Shown one piece after another: positions 29,297 to 38,381 of a stretch of 64,000 nucleotides of DNA; position 1 is the first letter of the stretch, and every line of letters begins with the position of its first letter. The translations under genes and the position numbers were made by a program. The notes beneath the pieces were generated by a model. The model searched no databases, was not told the origin of the DNA, and saw nothing but the letters and a program-made list of their open reading frames with translations. Source of the DNA: Dehalococcoidia bacterium (GTDB lineage: Bacteria > Chloroflexota > Dehalococcoidia > Plut-88900); NCBI GenBank assembly GCA_965207225.1, contig CBDBLV010000004.1:32001-96000 (forward strand), given 5' to 3'.

Positions 29297-30772
29297 TTAG
29301 GGATAATACAACTGGCGGGCGGCGTGCTCCAACTCGGGGCGGAAGTCGGGGTGGGCGATGTTGATGAGGGCCTGGGCGCGTTCGCGCTGGGACTTGCCGA
29401 GAAGCCGGGCGACGCCGTATTCGGTGACTACGTAGTCGGCGAAGGTGCGGGGGATGGTGATGGCCGATCCCACTTCGTGCCGGGCCACGATCTTGGAAAC
29501 CGTACCTCCGAGGGCCGTGGAAGTGAGAAGGGTGATGCCGCGGCCACCTTCGGAGAGGACTGCGCCGATGTGAAGCTCGGGCTGGCCGCCGGTGCCGTTG
29601 TAGAGTCTGCCACCGAAGAGGGTCTCGGAGTTGATCTGGCCGGTGAGGTCGATAGAGACGGCGTTGTTGATGGCGACCTGGTTGGGGTTGGAGGCGATGT
29701 TGCGGATGTTGAGGATGTGATCGGCGTCCCATAGTTCGACGAGGGGGTTAAGGTGGGCGAAGGCGACCTCGTCGGGGGTGCTTCCCATGAGGCCCGAGAA
29801 GACGGTCTTGTCCTTATGAAGGACTTTACGGCTGCCGTTGACGATGCCCCTTTCGACGAGGGAGATGATGCCGGGGGCGGACATCTCGGCGTGCCAGCCG
29901 AGGTCCTTCTTGTCGTCAAATACGCCGAGGGTGGGGAGGTAGACGCCGGGGGTACCGACGCCGATCTGGAGGGAGTCGCCGTCGCGGATGAGGCCGTGGA
30001 CGTACCCGGCGATCTTGAGAATGGCGTCGGAGGGCGGGACCCAACCGGCCCAGCGGGCCCAGCTCCTGACCTGGGAGACATCGGCGTACATGAGGGCGGG
30101 GATGGCCTCCTGGCGCTGGTAGCCGGACATGAGGGGGGAGATTCGCTCGAGTTCGGACCTGAGCTCGCCTTCGGGGAGGGTATCGAGGAGCTTCTGGCCA
30201 TCTTCGAGGGAGAGGGCGGGAGGGGTGTGTGCGACGAAGCGGTCGATCTCCGAGACGTGGATGTAGTTGGCGCCGTAGGTGCGTATCTGGTTTTCGTCGA
30301 CCTGGGCGATAACGCGGGAGGCGTGGGCGGCGACGCGGCGCTTGTCCCATAGCTCGCCGCCGAAGCTGCAGAAGCCTCGTTGGTCGGGCGGGGAAGTGAC
30401 GATGAAAAGGTAGTCGACGGCCCGGGGCTGGCGGCCTTGTTCTTCGAAAGGCTTCAGGCCGGTAGAGAGGAGGGAGGGCTCAAAGTCGACATAACGCTGG
30501 TCGTGGGCGGGCCGCGCCACGTCGCCGAGGTAGAACATGATGGTGATGGGGAAGGAATTGTCCCATCCGGGCCGGAGCCAGCCGGGGTCGTAGTGGCAGC
30601 CGAGGAGGTGGAGCTTTACGTTGCACAACTCGTCACGACGGGCGGCGAGGGCGTCGAGGAGGCGGGTAGGCTCGGGGCTGACGGAGACGGTGACCTCATC
30701 GCCGGAGGAGATAGTGGAGACGGCATCCTCGGGGGAGACGAGGTTATTGCGGTAGTGTTGTCGCCAGTCCAT
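29297..30772 (-). CDS. Acetyl-CoA hydrolase/transferase (4-hydroxybutyrate CoA-transferase-like)
   Basis: MDWRQHY..VSPEDAV, PPDQRGFCSFG, LQIGVG, HAEM, IDLTGQINSE, GTGGQ, VVTEYGVA, IAHPDFR. Confidence 0.9.
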   Translation of the reverse strand: MDWRQHYRNNLVSPEDAVSTISSGDEVTVSVSPEPTRLLDALAARRDELCNVKLHLLGCHYDPGWLRPGWDNSFPITIMFYLGDVARPAHDQRYVDFEPSLLSTGLKPFEEQGRQPRAVDYLFIVTSPPDQRGFCSFGGELWDKRRVAAHASRVIAQVDENQIRTYGANYIHVSEIDRFVAHTPPALSLEDGQKLLDTLPEGELRSELERISPLMSGYQRQEAIPALMYADVSQVRSWARWAGWVPPSDAILKIAGYVHGLIRDGDSLQIGVGTPGVYLPTLGVFDDKKDLGWHAEMSAPGIISLVERGIVNGSRKVLHKDKTVFSGLMGSTPDEVAFAHLNPLVELWDADHILNIRNIASNPNQVAINNAVSIDLTGQINSETLFGGRLYNGTGGQPELHIGAVLSEGGRGITLLTSTALGGTVSKIVARHEVGSAITIPRTFADYVVTEYGVARLLGKSQRERAQALINIAHPDFRPELEHAARQLYYP

Positions 30773-31047
30773 AGAAGGGGAAGGGAGAGGAGTCTCGGCA
30801 ATGTTAACACAGGACTGGCGCTCCAATGGGTCCAGTTATTCAGTTGTGAGGTTGGGGGGCGGGGGTTATGGGTGGGGGGCGGGCTCCTGTTGGCTTGGGG
30901 GATGGGCTAGGAGAGGTCGGAAGAGGGGAATGCCAGCGCCCCCTCATCGGCGTAAGCCGGGGCGTCGGGGGTCGGAACGTGGGCAATTGCCCGCCTGGGG
31001 AGACGGGCAATCTTCGCAAGGCCGGGTAGGGCGTTGCGGGCGTACCT

Positions 31048-31323
31048 CCGCGCAAAGGCGCGGGCATCCACAGCGGAAGGGAAAGCTCGCAAAGGGTTAG
31101 CTGTGGGAAATACATCTGCGGCGAGCCTGGGCAGGCATCCACGGCGGAGGGGGGCACTCGCGGGGGTTAGCCGTGGGAACATCTGCAGCGAGTCAAAGCA
31201 GGCATCCATCCGTACGCCTCGCTGGGCGCAGGTGGGGTCCTTCCGCGCCGAGGCGCGGGCATCCACGTCCGGATGGGGCAGCAGGGTTAGTTGCTGCTCC
31301 CGGGTGACGCCGGACGGCAGTGG
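31048..31323 (-). ncRNA. Candidate structured RNA or DNA: four tandem hairpin modules (CCAC..GTGG-ATGC-CYGC..GCRG)
   Basis: GGCATCCA on the + strand at 31063, 31134, 31201 and 31258, with compensatory base changes in three separate stems (see findings). Confidence 0.5.
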
Positions 31324-31538
31324 TCGAGAGGGGGCGCTGGGCTTTGAACTTCCACGGGGGAAGGGTGAAGGGCCGAGGGACACGGTAGGTGGAAAGGGGG
31401 TAAGGAGGAGGCGCGTGTCGGCAGAGGGTCGGTCCCATACCGACCGGGTGCGACGGGGCCATGTGAGGCCATTGCGACTCATGGGACTCCTTTGGTCCTT
31501 TCCTGTATTGGTGGTCCGACATACAGGGCCGGTGCCAC

Positions 31539-31568
31539 GAACATAGGTATAGCACATACATTTACCAA
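31539..31568 (-). promoter_or_regulatory. Putative promoter with a degenerate LexA/Cheo-like box
   Basis: Minus strand TTGGTA-N17-TATGTT. GAAC-atag-GTAT at 31539-31550 overlaps the -10. Confidence 0.35.
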
Positions 31569-31640
31569 ATCAATAGGTGGTAGAAGGGGTTTGGGGACAA
31601 AGGGAGGTGTGACAAGGAAAGATGTGGGTGGTCAAGTCCT

Positions 31641-31668
31641 AGATCCCTCGCGGGGCTTCGGGATGACA
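31641..31668 (+). repeat. REP-like palindrome family B copy
   Basis: AGATCCCTCGCGGGGCTTCGGGATGACA. Confidence 0.7.
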
Positions 31669-31855
31669 GGGAAGGAGGTGGGGGCGGTTGACGGCCGCGA
31701 GAGGTCCGTCGTGGGGCATTGGGATGAGAGGGGAGAAGGAATGACGGGTGTGGGGGGTTCCTATAGAATACGGCGGCTTGTTCCCGTTGGTTGAGAGGGG
31801 TGTGTGGAGAGGTCGGGTTGGGAAGCAGATAGTGCAGGGTGGAGGCCCGCAGAGA

Positions 31856-33094
31856 ATGAAGCAGAGCCGTACTGCCTGGTTGACCCGCTCCCGTGCGCTG
31901 AGCTCGCTGGAGCATCGGGGGTGGAGGAGGCTGTGGTTCGTCAGCCAGCTTTGGCACCTGCCCTTCTGGATGGACTACATCATCCTGGGATGGGTGATCC
32001 TGGAGCGGACGGACTCGCCGTTCCTGGTGGCGCTGGTCGGGGCGGCGCGGCTTCTGCCGATGGGGACGCTGGGGTTCGTGGCGGGGACGCAGGCCGACAG
32101 GTGGCCTCGAAAGAGCATGTTGGTCGGGGCACAGGGTTTGAACTTCGTGCTGTCGGCGGGAATGGGAGTGGCCCTGCTGCTCGACCTGCTGGAGCTGTGG
32201 CAGATGTACCTAGGGGCATTTCTCATCGGGATTGCCTGGGCAATCGACTACCCGGTGAGGCATTCGATAATCCGAGACGTGGTGCCGGAGGACGTGGTGG
32301 TGAACGCGATGGCGATAAACGTGGCGTCGTGGATGGGGTCGGCGATGGTGGGGAGGTGGGTGGCGGGATGGATGCTGGACGTGGCGGGGCCGGGGGAGGC
32401 GTACATATTCATCGCGGTGTCGGTGCTGCTGGGTCTGCTTTTCGTGCTTCGGGTACCGGTGCCGAGGGCAGTCAAAGTGGCCGCGGTGCCTGAGTCGATG
32501 ATCAAGAGCGTGACGTCGGGGCTGAGGTACGTGTGGGGGAACGGACCAATTAGAGGCGTGCTGCTAATCACTCTCGGGGCGAACATACTACTGTTTCCAC
32601 ACATACAGCTGCACGCGGTGTTTGCGAGGGACGTGTATAACGTGGGGGCCACGGGGCTGGGGTTCCTGAGCGGGATGGACGGACTGGGATCGATGATTGG
32701 GTCGATCACGATAGCGGCACTGGGGACGCTGAGATACAGGGGCCGGATATTCGTCGTGGGGTCAACGGTGCTGGGGATAGGGGTGCTGCTGTTCAGCCTG
32801 ACCCCGACGTTTGGGCTGGCGTTGCTGGCGCTGCTGTTTGCAGGATTCGGGCAGGGAGGCTTCACGACGATGCAGACGACGATAGCGACGACGGCGTCGA
32901 CGCCGGAGATGAGGGGTCGGGCGATGGGTGCGGTGGCAATGGCGATCGGGTCTCTGCCGCTGGGGATGGTATACATCGGGGCGCTGGCGGAGTGGATCGG
33001 GGTGCAGAGGGCGGTAACGTACAGCAGCGTGGCCTTCTTGGTAGTGGTGCTGCTGACGGCGGTGACGCAGCCGGGGATCCGTCGGGTGGGGTGA
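31856..33094 (+). CDS. MFS transporter (MFS_3/EntS-like)
   Basis: WVILERTDSP, GTQADRWPRK, EMRGRAMG; likely start MKQSR at 31856. Confidence 0.88.
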   Translation: MKQSRTAWLTRSRALSSLEHRGWRRLWFVSQLWHLPFWMDYIILGWVILERTDSPFLVALVGAARLLPMGTLGFVAGTQADRWPRKSMLVGAQGLNFVLSAGMGVALLLDLLELWQMYLGAFLIGIAWAIDYPVRHSIIRDVVPEDVVVNAMAINVASWMGSAMVGRWVAGWMLDVAGPGEAYIFIAVSVLLGLLFVLRVPVPRAVKVAAVPESMIKSVTSGLRYVWGNGPIRGVLLITLGANILLFPHIQLHAVFARDVYNVGATGLGFLSGMDGLGSMIGSITIAALGTLRYRGRIFVVGSTVLGIGVLLFSLTPTFGLALLALLFAGFGQGGFTTMQTTIATTASTPEMRGRAMGAVAMAIGSLPLGMVYIGALAEWIGVQRAVTYSSVAFLVVVLLTAVTQPGIRRVG

Positions 33095-33123
33095 GGGGGG
33101 AGGGTCCCACCCTGGGGAGAGGA

Positions 33124-33164
33124 ATCACCCTCACCCTAGCCCTCTCCCATCGAGGGAGAGGGGA
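33124..33164 (+). repeat. REP-like palindrome family A (CACCCTCACCCTAGCCCTCTCCC..GGGAGAGGG)
   Basis: Related copies at 39610, 46840 and 62772, and within 34338 and 60917. Confidence 0.8.
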
Positions 33165-33211
33165 CAGGACCCCACCCCCACGGAGAATCTAAGAATAAGG
33201 AGTATGGATAG

Positions 33212-34279
33212 ATGAAATTTGGGTTGTTTTTCTTTGCGGAGAATCCGGAGGAGTTTAGGACACCGAATGCTGAGAACTACCGGCAAGCGTTGGAGCTGAC
33301 GGAACTGGCGGAGGACCTGGGGTTCGATCAGGTATGGACTGCGGAGCACCACTTCGACGCGCAGTATCCGCCCAACCCATTCATCCTCTGCGCGGCGATG
33401 GCGGCGAGGACGAGCCGGATAAGGATCGGGACGAACATCTGCATACTGCCGCTGCACCACCCGCTGATCGTGGCGGAGAATGCGGCGATGGTGGACGTGC
33501 TGTCGAATGGGCGGTTCGACCTGGGGCTGGGGGTGGGGTACGAGAAGACGGAATTCGAGACGCTGGACGTGCCGAGGAGGGAGCGAGGCCGGCGGATGGA
33601 GGAGGGGTTGCAGTCGATCATCGGGCTGATGACGGAGGAGAAATTCACGTTCAGGGGTCGGCACTTCCACTTTGACGGGGTGACGATGCTGCCCCGGCCC
33701 GTGCAGAAGCCGCACCCACCGATATGGGTGGCGGCAGAGAAGAGGCCCGTGGGTGACGAGATACCACCAGCAATCGAGAGGGCGGCGAAGTACGGGTGTC
33801 ACCTGACGGGGCCGCGGGACCCGGAGATGCTCGGGCCGTACGAGAGGGCACTGAGGAAGTACGGTCGGGAGCCGGGGGAGTATTTCAGGAACGTCATCCG
33901 CAACTGCTATGTCGGGGAGACGAAGGAGCAGGCGTGGAGGGACTATGCTCCCCATGCGCTGGCGCAGATGCGAGGGTATCTGCCCAAGTACACGGAGGCG
34001 GGGATATTCGAGACGATGGCGGGTGAGATGTTCGGGAGGCTGCCGCTACCGAGTGCGGAGGAGTTGCCGGGCCTCGCGGAGTCGGGGGAGGTGCACTTCT
34101 TGGGGAAGCCGTTTGTGGTCGGGACGCCGGATGAGGTGTGTCGGGCGGTGGAGGAGGACGAGAGTCGGGGGATCACGCATTTCCTGGCGTGGATGCAGAT
34201 AGGGGGGATGGATGCGAGAAAGACGAGGAGCTCGATGAGGTTGTTTGCGCGAGAGGTGATGCCGCATTTTCGGGGGTGA
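33212..34279 (+). CDS. LLM class flavin-dependent oxidoreductase
   Basis: MKFGLF, AEDLGFDQVWTAEHHF, SNGRFDLGLGVG, PVQKPHPPIW. Confidence 0.92.
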   Translation: MKFGLFFFAENPEEFRTPNAENYRQALELTELAEDLGFDQVWTAEHHFDAQYPPNPFILCAAMAARTSRIRIGTNICILPLHHPLIVAENAAMVDVLSNGRFDLGLGVGYEKTEFETLDVPRRERGRRMEEGLQSIIGLMTEEKFTFRGRHFHFDGVTMLPRPVQKPHPPIWVAAEKRPVGDEIPPAIERAAKYGCHLTGPRDPEMLGPYERALRKYGREPGEYFRNVIRNCYVGETKEQAWRDYAPHALAQMRGYLPKYTEAGIFETMAGEMFGRLPLPSAEELPGLAESGEVHFLGKPFVVGTPDEVCRAVEEDESRGITHFLAWMQIGGMDARKTRSSMRLFAREVMPHFRG

Positions 34280-34337
34280 GGGCGTTGTTGGAGGAGATGG
34301 GCTGGAAATGCGTGTGCCATCTCCCTCTCCCACATCA

Positions 34338-34562
34338 AGGAACCCTCACCCCCTTGATCCCCCTCTCCCTTAGGGCCTTCAAGGGAGAGGGGGAAACAAG
34401 AACAGAGGCCCGCGCCTTCGCCATAGGCGAAGGCGCGGGCCTCTAGTTCAGTACTGGGGGGAGGGATTCCGGCTCGGAGCGGAAGGATGACGGGGTTAGA
34501 CAGCTAGGGCACCCGGGAATCTGGATGACGCGTGAGATTCCTCGCGAGGCCTCGGAATGGTA
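34338..34562 (+). repeat. Composite palindromic element (family A frame, 19-bp perfect palindrome, family B copies)
   Basis: 34338-34460 is homologous to 60917-61061; B-like units at 34464-34492 and 34535-34562; lies between convergent genes. Confidence 0.75.
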
Positions 34563-34578
34563 TAAGGGGGGAGGGCGG

Positions 34579-37500
34579 TCAGGAGGCGGGTTGGGTGGTG
34601 GGAGGGGCGGTGGCGACCATTTGGGCGGCGACTAGCTGGGCGTAGAGGCCGTTGAGCTCCATTAGCTCGTCGTGGGTGCCTTCTTCAACTTTGCGGCCTG
34701 CGTCCAGCACTACGAGCTTGTCGGCGTCCCGGACGGTGGAGAGTCGGTGGGCGATGATGACGGTGCTTCTGCCGGTCATGAGTCGGTTGAGGGCCTGGCG
34801 GACCTGGTGTTCGCTGACGGCGTCAAGGTGGGATGTTGCTTCGTCGAGGATTAGGACGGGGGCGTTCTTGAGGAGAGCCCGGGCGATGGATATGCGCTGG
34901 CGCTGACCGCCGGAGAGCTGCATGCCTCGCTCGCCGACCACGGTGTCGTATCCCTCGGGGAAGGAGGCTATGAAGTCGTGGGCGTTGGCCTGTCGGGCGG
35001 CTTCTTCTATTTCTTCCTGGGTGGCGTCAAACTTGCCGAGGGCGATATTGTCGCGGATGCTAGCGTTGAAGAGGTAGGTGTCCTGTGTGACAAAAGCGAT
35101 GCTGTCGCGGAGGGGGTCGAGCCTGAATTCCTTGAGGTCATGGTCGCCTAGCGAGACCTCACCGGTCTGGGGGTCCCAGAAGCGCATGAGAAGGTAGGCA
35201 CAGGTGGTCTTGCCCGCCCCGGACCTTCCGACGAGGGCCACGGTCTGGCCGGGCTCGACGGTGAAGCTGACATCGGAGACGGCCTGGGGGAGGTCGGGGC
35301 CGTAGGCGAAGGAAGCGGCGTTGAATCGGACCAGAGGGGCCTTTGCCACGGCGGGTTGTCCGGGGGCGGCGACGCCCGGGCCATCGGCGACGGGGAGGGG
35401 TTCATCGTGGACGGCAAAGACTCGTCGGCCTGCGGCGAGGGTCTCCATGAGGTCCTTGGCGGTGCGGGCGATGTCGGAGACCGGGGAGAAGGTGGAGAGG
35501 GCGAGGAGGGCGGCGAGGGGAAGGTCGGGGCGGTCCATACGGCCTTCCAGGACGAGCCATGCACCCATTGCCAGAACAGCGAGGCCCCCGAGGCCCGTGA
35601 CCGCTTCGATGAAGGCGGTCTGGGAGTCCTGGGCCTTCTTGGCCTTGGTCTGACTTCCAGCGAAGTCCCAACCCCGCTCCCGGATATCGCCAGTGCGGGT
35701 CGGGCCCTGGCCGAAGGCGGCGATTTCGCGCATGCCCTGGATGTTATCGACCATCTGAGCATGGATGCCGCCGAGCTTGCTCAGGACTTCGTCGCCGAGG
35801 CGTTCATTGGTCTTCTGGTCATAGAAGGGTCGGATGGCAACGGCGAGAAGGAAGGGCAAGAGGACGATTGCCAACGGCCAGGAGATGAGGGCCAGAGTGA
35901 TAAGAACTGCAAGGGGCACGATAAAAGCCACGAAAGCCGGACTGATGGTGTGGGCGAAGAAATATTCGATCCTTTCGATGTCGCCGCCGACGACGCCAAC
36001 GATGTCTCCTGAGCGGCGCTTGACCAGATAAGCGGGGGCGATGGAGTCCATCTTCCGGTACATGTCGATACGCATTTCGGCGAGGAGTCGGTAGGCAAGA
36101 TCGTGAGAGAGCCAGCCCTCGGCCCAGGTGAAGAAGGCGGTCAGGGGAGCAAACACCCCTAGCAGAATGAGATAGAGGGTAAGGTCCCCGCCGCGGAAGA
36201 CCTGGCCGACCAGCAAGGCGCTAACGACGCCCAAACCGATGATGGATCCATGGTGGGCTATGCCGAGGACGAAGGTGACTACCTGCTGCTTCCACCAGGG
36301 GTTGATGAGGGTCATCAATCGACGGAGGATAGTGAGGGCGCCCATGGGTTGGGCGGGTCCGATGTCCGTGGGTGCAGGTTCGAAGACTTCGTCGGGGATT
36401 GTGGGGGGTTGGGCATCGGGTGTGGCGGCTCCATCGACGGAGGAGGCTGCACGAGTCGGTTTGACAGCGAATCCTGCGGCTTGCTGGTCAGCCATGAGCC
36501 GGGAGTAGACCCCACCGGCATTTATCAATTCGGCATGGGGGCCGACCTCTACGAGTCGGCTGTCATCGAGGACGAGGATACGGTCGGCGCCAACGATGCT
36601 GGAGAGGCGGTGGGCAATGATGAGGGTGGTGCGGCCCTGCATAAGGCGGTCGAGGGCTTCCTGGATGAGGGCCTCATTCTCGGCATCAACGCTGGAGAGG
36701 GCCTCGTCGAGGACCAGTATCGGGGCATTCTTCAGAAGGGCCCGGGCGATGGCAATTCGCTGTCGCTGACCGCCGGAGAGCCGGATGGCGCGCTCGCCGA
36801 CGTAGGTATCGTAGCCCTGGGGAAGCTGGGATATGAACTCGTGGGCGTTGGCGGCTCGGGCGGCGGCTTCCAATTCCTCCTGGGTGGCGTCCTGCTTGCC
36901 GAATCGGAGGTTGTCGGCGACGGTGCCGTGGAAGAGGTAGGTGTCCTGGGTGACAACGGAGATGTGCTCACGGATGTGGTCCAGGGGGAGGTCTCTCAGG
37001 TCCTGGCCACCTAGCAGGATGCGGCCTTTCTGGGGATCGAAGAAGCGGTAAACGAGCCAGACAATGGTGGACTTACCAGCGCCACTGGGCCCGACCAGAC
37101 CAAGTTTCTCGCCTTGGCCGAGGGTAAAGGAGACATCTTCGAGGGCGTTTCCTCGGCCCTGGTCGTAGGCGAAGGTGACGTTCTCGAACTTGATCTCGGG
37201 GGTGAGGGTGGGCGTCTCGGCGACAGTTGGTTTTTCGGGGTCCTTGATTTCCACGGACTCAGCCATGAGGTTGAAGATACTCTGGGCGGCGGCGCTGACG
37301 ATCATGCCCTTGTGGTAGAGCATGGTGAGCTCGCGGAGGGGCTTGAAGACCTCGACGCCGAACATCATGACGATAAGGAGGGTGCGGATCTCCATGTCGC
37401 CGGCTGCGACCCTACCGGCGCCCACCCCAAGGGCCACGGCGGCGCCCGCCGAAATGCCCAGTACGGTCACGCCGCCAGTCGCTATGTTGGCGGCGAGGAC

Positions 37501-38205
37501 ACCCATAGTGCTCCGGTAGAGGGTCCGCGCACGGTCGGCGAGGCGGTCGCCGTGTCTGCCGCTCTGGCCGAAGGCCTTGAGGGTGGCGAGGCCCTGGACG
37601 CCATCCAGGAAGTCGGCGCCGAGGGAACCGTAGGAGCGGTAGCGGTGCATGCTGCTCTTCTGATTCCAACTGTGAAAAACAGCGGGAGCGACGAGGGTGA
37701 AGAGGGCAAAACCAAGGAAGATCAGGGCCACGGGCCAATCCAGGACGGCCATGAATACAAAGATAAGGATGGGGGCGATGGCTGCAATCAGAATCTGGGG
37801 AAGGTACTGTCCGAAGAAGGTCTCAAGGCCTTCAACACCATCGCCGAGGGTGAGAATGACACCGCCGGTGCGTCGTTGGTCGAAGTGGCCCGGTCCGAGG
37901 GCCAGGCAGTGCTGGTAGAGATTCTCACGGATCTTGATCTTGACGATGCTGGAGGTGTGGTGGGCGGTGCCGTTCTGGAGGTACTGGAAGATGCCGCGAA
38001 CACCGATAAGGATGGCGACACCGATCATAGGAAAAGCGAGGGAGGAGTACTCGGCCTCGCCGCGGAAGACCCGGGCGATGACGATGGCGAAAATTGCGAG
38101 GCCTGCGACACCGGCTCCGACCGCGATCAGACCCAATACAGTGGAAAGGAGAATTCGGAGCCGGACGCCCTTCGTGAGTTGGAACAGTCTGATGTCGAAG
38201 TACAT
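34579..38205 (-). CDS. Fused double (TMD-NBD)x2 ABC exporter, CydDC-like
   Basis: Two TMDs and two NBDs (GPSGAGKS/LSGGQRQR/LVLDEA and GRSGAGKT/LSGGQRQR/LILDEA); LETFFGQYLPQ and HDLAYRLLAEMR motifs; likely start MYFDIRL. Confidence 0.9.
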   Translation of the reverse strand: MYFDIRLFQLTKGVRLRILLSTVLGLIAVGAGVAGLAIFAIVIARVFRGEAEYSSLAFPMIGVAILIGVRGIFQYLQNGTAHHTSSIVKIKIRENLYQHCLALGPGHFDQRRTGGVILTLGDGVEGLETFFGQYLPQILIAAIAPILIFVFMAVLDWPVALIFLGFALFTLVAPAVFHSWNQKSSMHRYRSYGSLGADFLDGVQGLATLKAFGQSGRHGDRLADRARTLYRSTMGVLAANIATGGVTVLGISAGAAVALGVGAGRVAAGDMEIRTLLIVMMFGVEVFKPLRELTMLYHKGMIVSAAAQSIFNLMAESVEIKDPEKPTVAETPTLTPEIKFENVTFAYDQGRGNALEDVSFTLGQGEKLGLVGPSGAGKSTIVWLVYRFFDPQKGRILLGGQDLRDLPLDHIREHISVVTQDTYLFHGTVADNLRFGKQDATQEELEAAARAANAHEFISQLPQGYDTYVGERAIRLSGGQRQRIAIARALLKNAPILVLDEALSSVDAENEALIQEALDRLMQGRTTLIIAHRLSSIVGADRILVLDDSRLVEVGPHAELINAGGVYSRLMADQQAAGFAVKPTRAASSVDGAATPDAQPPTIPDEVFEPAPTDIGPAQPMGALTILRRLMTLINPWWKQQVVTFVLGIAHHGSIIGLGVVSALLVGQVFRGGDLTLYLILLGVFAPLTAFFTWAEGWLSHDLAYRLLAEMRIDMYRKMDSIAPAYLVKRRSGDIVGVVGGDIERIEYFFAHTISPAFVAFIVPLAVLITLALISWPLAIVLLPFLLAVAIRPFYDQKTNERLGDEVLSKLGGIHAQMVDNIQGMREIAAFGQGPTRTGDIRERGWDFAGSQTKAKKAQDSQTAFIEAVTGLGGLAVLAMGAWLVLEGRMDRPDLPLAALLALSTFSPVSDIARTAKDLMETLAAGRRVFAVHDEPLPVADGPGVAAPGQPAVAKAPLVRFNAASFAYGPDLPQAVSDVSFTVEPGQTVALVGRSGAGKTTCAYLLMRFWDPQTGEVSLGDHDLKEFRLDPLRDSIAFVTQDTYLFNASIRDNIALGKFDATQEEIEEAARQANAHDFIASFPEGYDTVVGERGMQLSGGQRQRISIARALLKNAPVLILDEATSHLDAVSEHQVRQALNRLMTGRSTVIIAHRLSTVRDADKLVVLDAGRKVEEGTHDELMELNGLYAQLVAAQMVATAPPTTQPAS

Positions 38206-38381
38206 AAGCCAGCGGTCGGAGGCCAGGCCCCGGGGCATAGGCCGCCTGTCGGAGCCCGACAAGAGATTATATATTCAAGATGGGGTATTGTAAACACGTT
38301 TGGACCATGTATCCGAGGAGCTTGCTGGACTGCTAAAATTCCCGCAAGCCAAAAATGACCGTGAAAGGAACCTAGCGAGCG

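Noticed and set aside
31090-31180. CCCACAGCTAACCC on the minus strand resembles the 3' end of the c-di-AMP (ydaO) riboswitch (CCCGACAGCUAAC)
   Set aside because: The upstream GCYGAAUCC..AGG and GGGG..AAU elements are absent, and the segment pairs locally with GCTGTGG.
31048-31323. Possible CRISPR array or HDV-like/hammerhead ribozymes
   Set aside because: The identical repeat core is only 8 nt, the intervening parts are homologous rather than unique spacers, and there are no cas genes. The HDV-like words GGGCAUCC and GGCUAA lie on opposite strands, and there is no CUGAUGA/GAAA core.
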